Shown here piece by piece: positions 9,467 through 18,911 of a stretch of 64,000 nucleotides of DNA. The stretch is from Nannocystales bacterium (GTDB lineage Bacteria; Myxococcota_A; Polyangia; Nannocystales; Nannocystaceae): the NCBI GenBank assembly GCA_050633305.1, contig JBOEGF010000010.1, forward strand, positions 160,001-224,000, written 5' to 3'. Made by a program: the position numbers and the translations under genes. Within the stretch, counting starts at the first letter, position 1; every line of letters starts with the position of its first letter. The notes under the pieces were generated by a model, which did not search any database, had not been told where the DNA came from, and was given only the letters and a program-made list of their open reading frames with translations.

Positions 9467-10552
9467 GTGTCGTTCGAAACCCCCGTTCGCGTGTTCTTGG
9501 TCGAGGATGACCTCGACTTCGCAGAACTGATCGGGCACGCGGCCGAGATGCGCCCTGACTGGACGTTGATCGGGCACGCCACTTCGCTCGAGTCCGCGAT
9601 CTCCGAGATCGGGTCAACGCAGCCGGATGTGGTCTTGCTCGACCTGAAGCTTCCCGACTCGGATGGGACCGGTACAGTCGAAGCGATCGTCGATCGATTT
9701 CACCCGCTGGCGATCGTTGTCCTCACATCTCTCGACGCCACCGAGGCCTACAGCTCCGCGCTCCGGGCGGGGGCGCAAGACTACTTGGACAAGGCTGAAG
9801 CCACCCCGGCTGTGTTGTCTCGAACCGTTCGCTACGCACGTGAACGGGCAAGCTACGCCGCGACGATCGCCAAGCAGCAGAAGGAAATCGCGGATTTTGC
9901 GACGCATGCGGCACACGACCTCTCGGCACCCCTTCGTTCGATGCGAGGGTTTGCAGAACTTCTCGACGAAGAACTCCAGGGGCGGCTCCAAGGAGATGAA
10001 CAGGAGTTTCTTGGCCACATCGTCTCGAGCGCGAAACGTCTGCAAGGTCTGATCTCCGACCTCATGGAGTACGCCCGAGCGGGCCACGGGGAAGAGTCTG
10101 CACCTGTCGACCTTGCCGAGGTGGTGGAGCATGTGCTCGGCGAACTCGGCACGGTGCTCCACGAGACCGGCACGAAGGTGGTGGTGAGCGAACTCCCGAT
10201 CGTCTTTGGTCAAGCGAGCGCGCTGCGCCAAGCGCTGCGGAACCTCATCGCCAACGCCATCAAGTTCAGCGGGGATGAGAAGCCTCGGGTCGAGATCCGT
10301 GGTCGAGTGGAGGCGGACCACCATGTGGTCGAGGTTCGCGACAACGGGATCGGAATCGAGGCGCGGTTCCTCGAGAAGATTCTGCAACCGTTTTCACGTC
10401 TTCACGGACAATCCGAGTACCCGGGGAGCGGCCTCGGCTTGGCCGTCGTCGACCGAATCGTGCAGCGCCACTCCGGCCGGATGCGTGTGGAGTCTGAGGT
10501 GGGCGTGGGGTCGGTCTTCATGATCGAGCTCCCCTGCGAGCTCTCAGGCTGA
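9467..10552 (+). CDS. Cytoplasmic hybrid receiver-histidine kinase (REC-HisKA-HATPase)
   Basis: N-terminal REC (LVEDD, LLDLKLPD, GAQDYLDK); AHDLSAPLR, NLIANAIKF, DNGIGI, GSGLGLA. TATAGT 9 nt before GTG 9467. Confidence 0.92.
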   Translation: MSFETPVRVFLVEDDLDFAELIGHAAEMRPDWTLIGHATSLESAISEIGSTQPDVVLLDLKLPDSDGTGTVEAIVDRFHPLAIVVLTSLDATEAYSSALRAGAQDYLDKAEATPAVLSRTVRYARERASYAATIAKQQKEIADFATHAAHDLSAPLRSMRGFAELLDEELQGRLQGDEQEFLGHIVSSAKRLQGLISDLMEYARAGHGEESAPVDLAEVVEHVLGELGTVLHETGTKVVVSELPIVFGQASALRQALRNLIANAIKFSGDEKPRVEIRGRVEADHHVVEVRDNGIGIEARFLEKILQPFSRLHGQSEYPGSGLGLAVVDRIVQRHSGRMRVESEVGVGSVFMIELPCELSG

Positions 10553-10675
10553 CCTTGCGAGCGTCACCGACCGCCTTGGACCTAGCGGCGTGGCCGCCGT
10601 GGCGAAAAAAGGAAGATAAAGACGCAATCGATCCTCCGACTCGTGCCTCCAAGCCCGGCGTTCGAGGACGATTCA

Positions 10676-11749
10676 ATGCTCTTCACTTTCACCCCCCGCC
10701 ACGGCGCACTCGCGCTCATCCTCTCCCTTGGCACGGTCGGTCCCGGCTGCAACATGTTTGCGAACATGACCGCGAAGGTCCGTGGAACCGCAAACGCCGT
10801 CGGGAAACGCAACGTCACTTTTCAACGCCCAGTTCCCGCCGAGAAGGAACTCGAAGGCATCGAACGCATCGCGCTCGTCGAGCTGCAGGGCGATGAGGCG
10901 GCCGCAGAGCTGCTGCGTAGCCGGCTGGCAAGCCTGGTCTCCGATGGACAACGGTTCGAGCTGATCGAGGCGGCGTCCAAGCAGGAAGCGAAGGAGTCGG
11001 GTGCCGAGGCGCTCGCCGTCGTCGGAGGCAAGATCGTACGCGCCGAGTACGGTGAGCAGACGGACTCTCAGAAAGCTACGTGCAACGGTGACCCATGCAC
11101 GATTACCGTGCGTACGGGCACCGCCAACGTTGCGGTCGACTTCAAGGTGATCGACGTGAGGAGTGGCAAAGTCTTGCTGCGAAAGACCCTCGAAGACACC
11201 GTCGAAGAGAAAACCAGTGGGCAAGGAACACCGCCCGCCATCGACGGGTCGGCGCTTCAAGATCAGCTGCTCGCATCAGTCGCGGAGTCTTTCCACGCGC
11301 AGATCAGTCCTCACGGCGTCTCAGAGCAGGTCTTCTTCGAGTCCGACAACAAGGCCAAGGCGTTGAAAACGGGCGCCAATCGCGCGATGAGCGGTGATCT
11401 CGAAGGTGCGATCGCTTCGTTCGAAGAGGGCCTCCAACAGGCGAAGGCCAAGAGCGATACCAAGGCGATCGCGAAAGCCCAGTTCAACCTCGGCATTGCG
11501 TTGGTGATCGCGGGCGACTACGACAAGGGCATCGAGCGCCTGGAGACGGCGCAGGCCGGTGCCGACAAGACCGCGTGGCGGGAGCTGTTGCTCGCCTCCC
11601 GGAAGTGGCAGGAAGATGCGGAAGCCGCTCACGAACAGTGGGAGTCGGGCCCGGTGGATGCGTTTGCGTTCTCTCCCGATCTCAAGCCGGCGGAGGACAA
11701 GCTCGGCGGCACGGCACTGGGTCTCGCCGGGGTGAAGGTTACGAAATAG
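10676..11749 (+). CDS. Lipoprotein with CsgG/TolB-N-like alpha/beta domain and C-terminal TPR-like helices
   Basis: Signal ending VGPGC; VDFKVIDVRSGKVL strand typical of CsgG-like folds; AQFNLGIALVIAGDYDKGIERLE is TPR-like. Confidence 0.7.
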   Translation: MLFTFTPRHGALALILSLGTVGPGCNMFANMTAKVRGTANAVGKRNVTFQRPVPAEKELEGIERIALVELQGDEAAAELLRSRLASLVSDGQRFELIEAASKQEAKESGAEALAVVGGKIVRAEYGEQTDSQKATCNGDPCTITVRTGTANVAVDFKVIDVRSGKVLLRKTLEDTVEEKTSGQGTPPAIDGSALQDQLLASVAESFHAQISPHGVSEQVFFESDNKAKALKTGANRAMSGDLEGAIASFEEGLQQAKAKSDTKAIAKAQFNLGIALVIAGDYDKGIERLETAQAGADKTAWRELLLASRKWQEDAEAAHEQWESGPVDAFAFSPDLKPAEDKLGGTALGLAGVKVTK

Positions 11750-12368
11750 GGGGGCTGCGGCCGATGTGGCCCCGCAAGGACTCCGCCCAAACTGCAAGAT
11801 CGTCGAGCGTGGCCGGGGCCATTCGGTGGTCGGTGGCCGCCCGCTCGACGGCCGTGCGAAGAAGCTCTTTTGCGCGTCGTAGCCGAGTGCGGATGGTGCC
11901 CTCGGGCAGCTCGAGAACCCGGGCCAACGCCGGTCCGGGAAGCTTCTCCCAGTAGTGCAACTCCAAGAGCACCTGGTGGTCGAAGGGAATGCTGCGCAGA
12001 CCGGCGAGCAGGAGCCGGTCCTGCTCCGCGCCGATCAACAACCGGCTGGGTGAGTCCGCGAGGTCGGCGATGGACATCGAGCCGGGATCGACCTCTTCGA
12101 CACGGCGTTTGCGGTAGTGTCCAATCGCTACGCGCCGGGCAACCGCATAGACGTAGGTGGAAAACTGCGCGTCTCCGCGAAACTGCTCCTGTTTCTCGAC
12201 GCATTGAAGCAGCGTTTGTTGAATGAGCTCGCCAACCAGATCTTCGGGCACCTTGGTGCGAAAGAACCGAAACAGCGGCCCAAACTGCATTCGAAGCAGT
12301 TCGTTGCCCGCTTTGGCATCTCCGGCGCGCCACGCCTCGAGCAGCGCAAACTCGTCTGGCCCACTCAA
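11739..12368 (-). CDS. ECF RNA polymerase sigma-70 factor
   Basis: LLEAWRAGDAKAGNELL, LIQQTLL, FRGDAQFSTYVYAVAR (region 2); LLELHYWE...LELPEGTIRTRLRRAK (region 4). TTG start at 12368; the longer ORF-track frame is antisense to the kinase. Confidence 0.9.
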   Translation of the reverse strand: MSGPDEFALLEAWRAGDAKAGNELLRMQFGPLFRFFRTKVPEDLVGELIQQTLLQCVEKQEQFRGDAQFSTYVYAVARRVAIGHYRKRRVEEVDPGSMSIADLADSPSRLLIGAEQDRLLLAGLRSIPFDHQVLLELHYWEKLPGPALARVLELPEGTIRTRLRRAKELLRTAVERAATDHRMAPATLDDLAVWAESLRGHIGRSPPIS

Positions 12369-12389
12369 CGTACGCGAGGATAGCAGCCT

Positions 12390-14744
12390 ATGACCCAGGT
12401 GCCGCAGAGCTTTGCTTCCATGCCCTCGGTCGACGACTTCGAGGAGCAACGGTTGCTGGCCGAGCTCCAGGCGTCGATGTTTGGTGCGGGAGACCCCGTG
12501 CAGCTGGGTCGATACGCGGTCGGGCGGCGGCTGGGTTCGGGCGCGATGGGGGTCGTCTACGAGGCCGAGGACCCCAGACTGCGGCGACGTGTCGCGCTGA
12601 AGGTTCTGCATCCCGACCTGCGGGCCGTTCATGCCTCTCGGGGGCACCAGCGACTCCGCCGAGAGGCGCAGAGTCTCAGTCGAGTCAGCCATCCCAATGT
12701 GATCGATGTGTACGACGTTGGGGAGTCGAAAGGACGGGTCTACCTGGCCATGGAGCTGGTCGACGGTGTTTCGCTGGAGACTTGGCTGGCACAGCGACGG
12801 CGGACTTCGGCCGAGATTCTCGGTGTTTTCATGCAGGCCGGCCAGGGCGTGGCGGCGGCGCACGATGCCGGAGTGATCCATCGAGACTTCAAGCCCAGCA
12901 ACGCCTCGGTTGACGCAGAGGGTCGAGTGAGGGTGCTGGATTTTGGACTCGCCAAGGTTCAGTCCGCGGGACCAAAGACCGCCGACACGGAGGCTCATTC
13001 GCCGCTTGCGTCGCACGTGACCCGGGACGATGCGTTGGTTGGCACGCCTCGCTACATGGCTCCGGAACTCTTGCTCGGTCAGCCCGCGACGGATCGGAGC
13101 GACCAGTACGCGTTTTGTGTCGCGCTGTTCGAGGCGCTGCTCGGCCGGGTGCCCTTTGACGAGGCCGAGATGGTGGCCTCGAAGCTCGCCGGGAATCAGA
13201 CCGACATTTCGGCTGCGGAGGGTGTTTCGCGCAGGGTCTCGAGAGCCTTGAAGCGAGGGTTGTCCCCGGAGCCGTCTCGCCGGTTTGGGTCGATGCAAGG
13301 GCTGCTTGGCCAGCTCGACCCGCGCCCGGGCGCGTTCAGACGTTGGGCGGGGGGACTCGCGCTTCTTGCGGGGGCGGCCGCGGTGGTCACCCCCTGGGTT
13401 GACACCGAGTCGCCACGCGTGTCCAAGGCTGCTGACGTGGAGGCCCTTCCCGCGGGTCGGTGGGACGGGGCGCTTGCTCGTGCCCGCGAACTGGTCGCAG
13501 AGAACGAAATCGCCGCGGCTGAGCAGCGGGTGCGCGGTGTCCTTCGCGAGGCACAGGAGGGTGGAGATCGACTGACGTCGAGTCGTGCCGCGGTCCAGCT
13601 GGGCCGGCTGCTGCACCTGCAAGGTCGCGATGAGGAAGCGCTCGATGTACTGGAATCCGGGCACGTCGACGCCGTCGTCGGACGGGCGCACGATGAGCGA
13701 GCCGAGACGGCGGCGCAGCTGGCCCTCATCCTGTTGAAGTCTGGACGGAGCGCTTCGGCGCAGCGATGGCTGCGGGACTGTCGGAGTACGATCGAGGGGA
13801 CCGACGTTCGACCGGAGACCGAGCTATCGGGGCTGTTGGCGGAGGTCGAGCAGGCTCGCCAGACCGGGAAGCGAGAGGTTGGGGCTGAGCTCGCGGCGGA
13901 AGCGGTCGGGCTTGCACGAGACCTTGCGGACCCCCGGGAGGAGGAGGTGACCTACACCCACGCGGCAACGCTGTTTGAGCTGAAGCGGTTCGACGAGGTC
14001 GCGGTGATGGCCCGTGAGCTGCTGGCGCGGTCTGACGAGGCGGGCAAGGAAACCGCGGCGACCGCCGCAGCGCTCATGTTGTTGGCGGGCGTCGAGTCCA
14101 CACGAGCCCGCGGTGGAGACAAGTCTGCCGTGGACGCATCCATCGCGCACGGGCGGCGTGGCGTGAAGCTGTACGCCTCGCTTCGAGGGGTCAAGCCGCT
14201 GGCACGGGTCCGCGCTGAGCTGAATCTTTCCCACGTTCTCGGCGCGGCCGGCGAGCACGCCGCCGCCGCGGAGACGCTGAGGTCGGCGGTGCTTCGGGTT
14301 CGTTCGAGTCCCGAGCTGATGCTCCAAAGCGGGACCCTCCTCGCCGACCTCGAGGCCGCGCTGGGTTACGAGTTGGTCAAGCTCGAGGCCTACCGCGAGG
14401 CGGAAGAACGCCTGCACCGAGCTGTGCTGATCTTTCACGACCTCGCGGGGCCCAACCATCCCCACCTCCGGTCCACGTTGAGCATGCTTGCTCGCGCGCA
14501 GACTCGCCAGGAAAAACACGACCTGGCGGCTCAGAGCATCGAGCAGGCGCTCGCCATTCCGGGAAGCACGGATGTCGAGCGAGCAACCACGTTGTGGGGT
14601 GCTGCCGAGGTCTCCGCGGCTGGGGGGCACCTCGAAGAAGCCGCACAACGGTTCGAGCTGAGCGCCCAGGCCTTCGAGCGTGTGGACGACCCCGAGGGGG
14701 CCGACATGGTTCGGGCCCGAGCAGGCGAGGTGCGAGATGGTTGA
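12390..14744 (+). CDS. Ser/Thr protein kinase with TM segment and C-terminal TPR repeats
   Basis: LGSGAMGVVY, VALK, HRDFKPSN, DFGLA, GTPRYMAPE; hydrophobic WAGGLALLAGAAAVV; helical TPR-like C-terminus (GPNHPHL). Confidence 0.95.
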   Translation: MTQVPQSFASMPSVDDFEEQRLLAELQASMFGAGDPVQLGRYAVGRRLGSGAMGVVYEAEDPRLRRRVALKVLHPDLRAVHASRGHQRLRREAQSLSRVSHPNVIDVYDVGESKGRVYLAMELVDGVSLETWLAQRRRTSAEILGVFMQAGQGVAAAHDAGVIHRDFKPSNASVDAEGRVRVLDFGLAKVQSAGPKTADTEAHSPLASHVTRDDALVGTPRYMAPELLLGQPATDRSDQYAFCVALFEALLGRVPFDEAEMVASKLAGNQTDISAAEGVSRRVSRALKRGLSPEPSRRFGSMQGLLGQLDPRPGAFRRWAGGLALLAGAAAVVTPWVDTESPRVSKAADVEALPAGRWDGALARARELVAENEIAAAEQRVRGVLREAQEGGDRLTSSRAAVQLGRLLHLQGRDEEALDVLESGHVDAVVGRAHDERAETAAQLALILLKSGRSASAQRWLRDCRSTIEGTDVRPETELSGLLAEVEQARQTGKREVGAELAAEAVGLARDLADPREEEVTYTHAATLFELKRFDEVAVMARELLARSDEAGKETAATAAALMLLAGVESTRARGGDKSAVDASIAHGRRGVKLYASLRGVKPLARVRAELNLSHVLGAAGEHAAAAETLRSAVLRVRSSPELMLQSGTLLADLEAALGYELVKLEAYREAEERLHRAVLIFHDLAGPNHPHLRSTLSMLARAQTRQEKHDLAAQSIEQALAIPGSTDVERATTLWGAAEVSAAGGHLEEAAQRFELSAQAFERVDDPEGADMVRARAGEVRDG

Positions 14745-14800
14745 GTCGAGTCCCTGCCGTCCGCGGGCGCGGAACGCTTGCGGGTCCGTCGTCGGGGCGC

Positions 14801-16825
14801 TCACCCGGGGTCGCAAACACCATCGCAGAAGTTCGTGATCTCGCCGGTCTGGAAGTAGTGCAGCGCGATTTGGCTGGCAGCATCAACGCCGGTGAGGGCC
14901 CCGTGCGGGTCGTCGCCCTCGCGCATGGGCTCGTTGCCCAGGGGCTCGGGCGGCAGGCCAAAGTCGAACTCGACCAGCGCGGAGCTCAGCGGCCCCTCTT
15001 CCTGCTCGAGGCCCCAGACCTCGCGCGGGTTTTCGGCCAACAGGGGGATGCCGATCGTACGTGCCATGACATGGGCGCCGAGGGTGGTGACTTGGTGGTC
15101 GCCGATGGAGTCGAGCAGCAGCACCTCGTGCGGCGGGGTTCCGGGCAGAAGGTCGGTGACGACATGCCGCGACAGCCCTGACGGCTCTGCGCGGTCCCAC
15201 AGCAGCTGCACCAGCCCCAGGAGCATCTGTCGGTCGTAGGCCTGCGCGTAGGTGGAGTCGATGATGTCGACGAAGGCGTCGAAGTTCACGCTGCGTTCGA
15301 GCAGCAGGTTGTAGGACTGTCCTGGGACCCCCAAGATCCCGCGGGTGACGTCCGTCGACAGCGCCATGTAGCTGGCGCCCATGATGCCGCCCTGGCTTCC
15401 GCCGTAGTAGTAGGTCTGCTCTGCGTCGAGCATGCCGGCGCCTTCGAACTGGAGCGCCTCGTCGCCGACGATGCTGGTTCGCAGCATTCGGGTGACCAAC
15501 AGGAAGTTCACCAGCGACTGCTGGAGCCGGTCGGGCAGGGTACGGAAGTTGCCGAGGTTACCGCTCTGGACGGTCAGGCCGACGAGTGCGGGGTCTTCGT
15601 CGGACATCCCGATCCAATCGACACCGACAAAGATGACGTTCCCGGCGTTGGACAGCTCGCCGAAGGCTTCGACCTGCGAGCGGTTGCCGAACAGGCCATG
15701 GCCAAACAACACGCCCGGCGCGGCGTGCTGCTGGGCGGAGTAGGGCACGATCATCGTGAAGCCGTACCTCGCGGTCCCGTTTTGTTGGGGGACTCCGTTC
15801 TCGTCCAGCACCAGGACACCGCCGGGTCCAGGCTCATCGAGAAAAAGAGGGACTTCGATCTCGCCGCGAATCCGGCGGAAGATGCTTCCGGAGACGTTGT
15901 CGTCCACCGAGAGAATCTCGTACGTCGGTCCGTCGCCGACGCTCTCGAGCGCGGCGTCCCGCATCGCAAGTACGCGTCCGTTGGTGTCCTCTCGACTGGC
16001 GACGGTGAAGTCCCACGCGAGCTGCAGCTGTTCTCGGAGAACGCCGCTGTCCTCCAGCTGCGCGAAGATGTCCGCGTACAGGGGACGTCGGGACTCGACG
16101 GCTTCATCGTCCGAGGCGACCTCGTCACGAAGCGCGGCGAAGGCCTCCGAGGCGGCGACCGGACCTCCGGCGTCGTCGACGAGGCCACGAACACCGACGA
16201 TGTAGCGATGCGTGTAGTCCAGCGTGACTGCGGGCTGAATCATCAGCGAGGCCTCGCTGGGAGGTGCGTGAACGTCGAGCTCGGCGAAGTGCGGGACACG
16301 GTCGCCTGTCGTCGCATCGAGCAAGACCGTGGGCGAGCTGTCGCCCAGTGAGTCGCCGATGTTCAGCGGGCTGACCAGGCCGGTCGCAGTGGCGCCCGCA
16401 ATGTGGGCGAGGAGCGTCCCCCCGGGGGAGAAACCGTCTCTGTCGTTGAACGCGTCGGGTTCGCCTTGGAAGCCGGCCTGCGTCGCTGGCATCGCTGCGC
16501 GAGACAGGGCGAGCCTGCGACCACTTTCCGCCTGGGCGTCGGCGGTGGTGAACACGTTGTTGGGAAACGGGTAGCCGCAGTACGCGGGGACCAGGGGATC
16601 ACACTCGAGGTTGGGCCAATCCACCACGGCTTTGCCCCCGCTGGTGCTGCCGCCGCTCGAGGACGACTCGCCGCCTTCGGTCGCGCTGCTGCCCGAGGTC
16701 GTCTCCTGCGACGGTTCGCCGGTGGTGGATCCCGAGCCGCTCGAGCCGGAGCTGGTCCCGTCCGCGACCGACGCGTCGTCTCCACATCCGGCCAGAAGAA
16801 GAGCCACCACGCCAAGCCTGCACAT
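14801..16825 (-). CDS. Secreted lipoprotein with alpha/beta-hydrolase (lipase-like) C-terminal domain
   Basis: Lipobox LLAGC after ATG 16825; Ser/Gly linker; GHGLFG, nucleophile elbow YYGGSQGG, GDHQV, C-terminal DPH. Confidence 0.8.
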   Translation of the reverse strand: MCRLGVVALLLAGCGDDASVADGTSSGSSGSGSTTGEPSQETTSGSSATEGGESSSSGGSTSGGKAVVDWPNLECDPLVPAYCGYPFPNNVFTTADAQAESGRRLALSRAAMPATQAGFQGEPDAFNDRDGFSPGGTLLAHIAGATATGLVSPLNIGDSLGDSSPTVLLDATTGDRVPHFAELDVHAPPSEASLMIQPAVTLDYTHRYIVGVRGLVDDAGGPVAASEAFAALRDEVASDDEAVESRRPLYADIFAQLEDSGVLREQLQLAWDFTVASREDTNGRVLAMRDAALESVGDGPTYEILSVDDNVSGSIFRRIRGEIEVPLFLDEPGPGGVLVLDENGVPQQNGTARYGFTMIVPYSAQQHAAPGVLFGHGLFGNRSQVEAFGELSNAGNVIFVGVDWIGMSDEDPALVGLTVQSGNLGNFRTLPDRLQQSLVNFLLVTRMLRTSIVGDEALQFEGAGMLDAEQTYYYGGSQGGIMGASYMALSTDVTRGILGVPGQSYNLLLERSVNFDAFVDIIDSTYAQAYDRQMLLGLVQLLWDRAEPSGLSRHVVTDLLPGTPPHEVLLLDSIGDHQVTTLGAHVMARTIGIPLLAENPREVWGLEQEEGPLSSALVEFDFGLPPEPLGNEPMREGDDPHGALTGVDAASQIALHYFQTGEITNFCDGVCDPG

Positions 16826-16886
16826 TCGAGCGCCCACAATCCGCGCATCATCCCGTGGAACGCCGCGCTCCGCTACACTCGGTGCC

Positions 16887-17390
16887 ATGAGGAAAGGCGT
16901 GGCAGGACGCGGCCCGATTCGCAGCAAAGCTCTGGTCTTGTATGAGGGGACCCAGACCCCGCATCGCTCCTGCGGCATCTCATTGGCAGAGGCGTTCGGT
17001 CGTCCCACGGCGTCGTATCAATCGCTGCGCAGGGGCGGGATCACCGGCCATGGAACCTGTGGGGCCATCATGGCGGGCCAGCTGCTCCTCGGCGAGTTCT
17101 TGGGCGACCCAGACCCCACCGGAGCGGTCACACCGGCGTTGGCGGAGGCTTCGAAACGCTACCACCGTCGGGTGGAAGACGAACTAGACCGCGGTTCGAG
17201 CCCGGACTTGGTCTGTAACTCGATGACCCGGCCTCACGGCGATTTCAAGGGACCCCAGCGGCACGCCTTCTGCACGGGCGTGGTTGCTCAGGTCGCGCAG
17301 CTGGTGGATGAGACGCTCCAAGAGCATGGTCTCGAGGTGCACAGCGGGCCCGTGGTGTTGAGCGATGGCAGCAAGTTTGATCCGAGCTGA
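16887..17390 (+). CDS. C-GCAxxG-C-C family putative redox protein
   Basis: SCG...GTCGAIMAG...LVCN...AFCTG cysteine pattern; TACACT 7 nt before ATG 16887. Confidence 0.8.
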   Translation: MRKGVAGRGPIRSKALVLYEGTQTPHRSCGISLAEAFGRPTASYQSLRRGGITGHGTCGAIMAGQLLLGEFLGDPDPTGAVTPALAEASKRYHRRVEDELDRGSSPDLVCNSMTRPHGDFKGPQRHAFCTGVVAQVAQLVDETLQEHGLEVHSGPVVLSDGSKFDPS

Positions 17391-17422
17391 GGCCGACGTC
17401 GTACACTGTAGACCTCGTCGTT

Positions 17423-18838
17423 GTGGTTGATCTGCAGAGCAAGCCGTCTCAGAAGGACGCACCGTTCCGACCATCGGCAGGCGCGGTTCTGGGTGGTCGC
17501 TACCGTCTGGAATCGCCCATCGAGAAGGGCTCGGCCGGTGAAGTGTGGCGTGGACAACACATGTCCATCGGCAAGCGAGTTGCGATCAAGGTTCTGCGGG
17601 CCAAGCACGCTGCCGACAACGATGACTGGGCGACGAAGCGGATGCTTCGCGAGGCACAGCTTCTCTCGGAGATCGAACACCCCGCGGTGGTCAACGTTCT
17701 GGACTTTGGGGACGAACAGGGCTGCCCGTACATCGTCATGGAGTTGCTCGAAGGACGCACGCTTGCGGCTGCGCTCAAAGAAGGCGGCGCGATGTCGTGG
17801 AGTGTCGCGGGTCCGCTTCTACAGCAGATGATCGAGGGTCTGGCAGCGGCCCACGGCGCGGGCGTGATCCACCGCGACCTCAAGCCCGCCAACATCGTCC
17901 TGCAGCACAGGGATTCACGAGCGCGGATCATCGACTTCGGGATCGCCGGCGCCAGTAAACGGACCCGGATCACCATGGATGGCGAGGTGCTGGGCACGCC
18001 GCACTTCATGAGCCCCGAGCAGTCGCGGACGATGGACCTCGCGGAATCGAGCGACATCTACAGCCTCGGATGCGTCGCGTTTTCGATGCTTGTTGGGCGC
18101 CCCCCCTACGTCGGTAAGATCGGCGAGATCGTGCGTCAGCACATCAAGGCACCGGTTCCCAAGGTGTCGGAGCTTGTCGCAGGCGATGTGCCGAGCGAGG
18201 TTTGTGCATCCATCGAACGCTCGATGGCGAAGTCTCCCGAGCAGCGGTTTCAGAGCATGGAGGAGCTGCACGATGCGCTATTCGGTCGGGCGCTGGGCGT
18301 CGCCACCGCGCACGCGACGGGCCGGACTCGCAGTCGTGCCCGACGTTCCCGCCGCGGCCTGATCACGGCCCTTGTGGCGGGAGCGGCCGTTGCGGGTGGC
18401 TCGGTGTTTGCTGTCACGACCCTCTGGCAGGCGGACTCGGGTCCTCCGCTCGCCCCTGCGGCGTCCGTGCCGGTCCAGCGAGCGGTCGCAACCCCCGTGC
18501 CTGTCGCAACGGGGGTGTCGGCGCCGCCGGTGGTGCCCGCCGTTCCCGCCGTTCCCGCCGTCGAAGATTCGCAGGACGCCCCTCCACTCCCGGTGGAGGT
18601 TGCGCAGCCTCGGGCTCGTCCGGAGCCCGAACCGACAGCCGTGGCGCCCACACGGCCCCGGAAGCGGAGAGTGCCAGTGGCTTCGAAGCCTCGCCGACCC
18701 AGTGAAGCGCCTCCAAAGCCCGAGGTGGCGCCCGAAGTCGCCCCCACGGCCCCTTCAACGCCCTCTCGCGCCTCGAGGTCGGAGCCCGAGCCCGGGGAAG
18801 CGGCTGGGGGCCTCAAGAATCCCTTCGACGCCGAGTGA
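17423..18838 (+). CDS. Ser/Thr protein kinase with TM segment and Pro-rich C-terminal tail
   Basis: VAIK, HRDLKPAN, DFGIA, GTPHFMSPEQ; TM LITALVAGAAVAGGSVFAV; ends LKNPF. Gly-loop is atypical (EKGSAGEV). Confidence 0.93.
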   Translation: MVDLQSKPSQKDAPFRPSAGAVLGGRYRLESPIEKGSAGEVWRGQHMSIGKRVAIKVLRAKHAADNDDWATKRMLREAQLLSEIEHPAVVNVLDFGDEQGCPYIVMELLEGRTLAAALKEGGAMSWSVAGPLLQQMIEGLAAAHGAGVIHRDLKPANIVLQHRDSRARIIDFGIAGASKRTRITMDGEVLGTPHFMSPEQSRTMDLAESSDIYSLGCVAFSMLVGRPPYVGKIGEIVRQHIKAPVPKVSELVAGDVPSEVCASIERSMAKSPEQRFQSMEELHDALFGRALGVATAHATGRTRSRARRSRRGLITALVAGAAVAGGSVFAVTTLWQADSGPPLAPAASVPVQRAVATPVPVATGVSAPPVVPAVPAVPAVEDSQDAPPLPVEVAQPRARPEPEPTAVAPTRPRKRRVPVASKPRRPSEAPPKPEVAPEVAPTAPSTPSRASRSEPEPGEAAGGLKNPFDAE

Positions 18839-18911
18839 GGCTACGTCGATCCCAACTGTGAGGGCGTTTCTTGCGCGTTCGCGCGCGCCGGCAGTACCCT
18901 GGCGCGCTTTC

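Noticed and set aside
12369..13691. 650-aa minus ORF 11739..13691 as one long protein
   Set aside because: Only the last ~209 aa are an ECF sigma; the rest is the antisense shadow of the kinase.
16887..17390. C-GCAxxG-C-C protein as a second selenoprotein
   Set aside because: All motif positions are ordinary Cys codons and there is no in-frame TGA.
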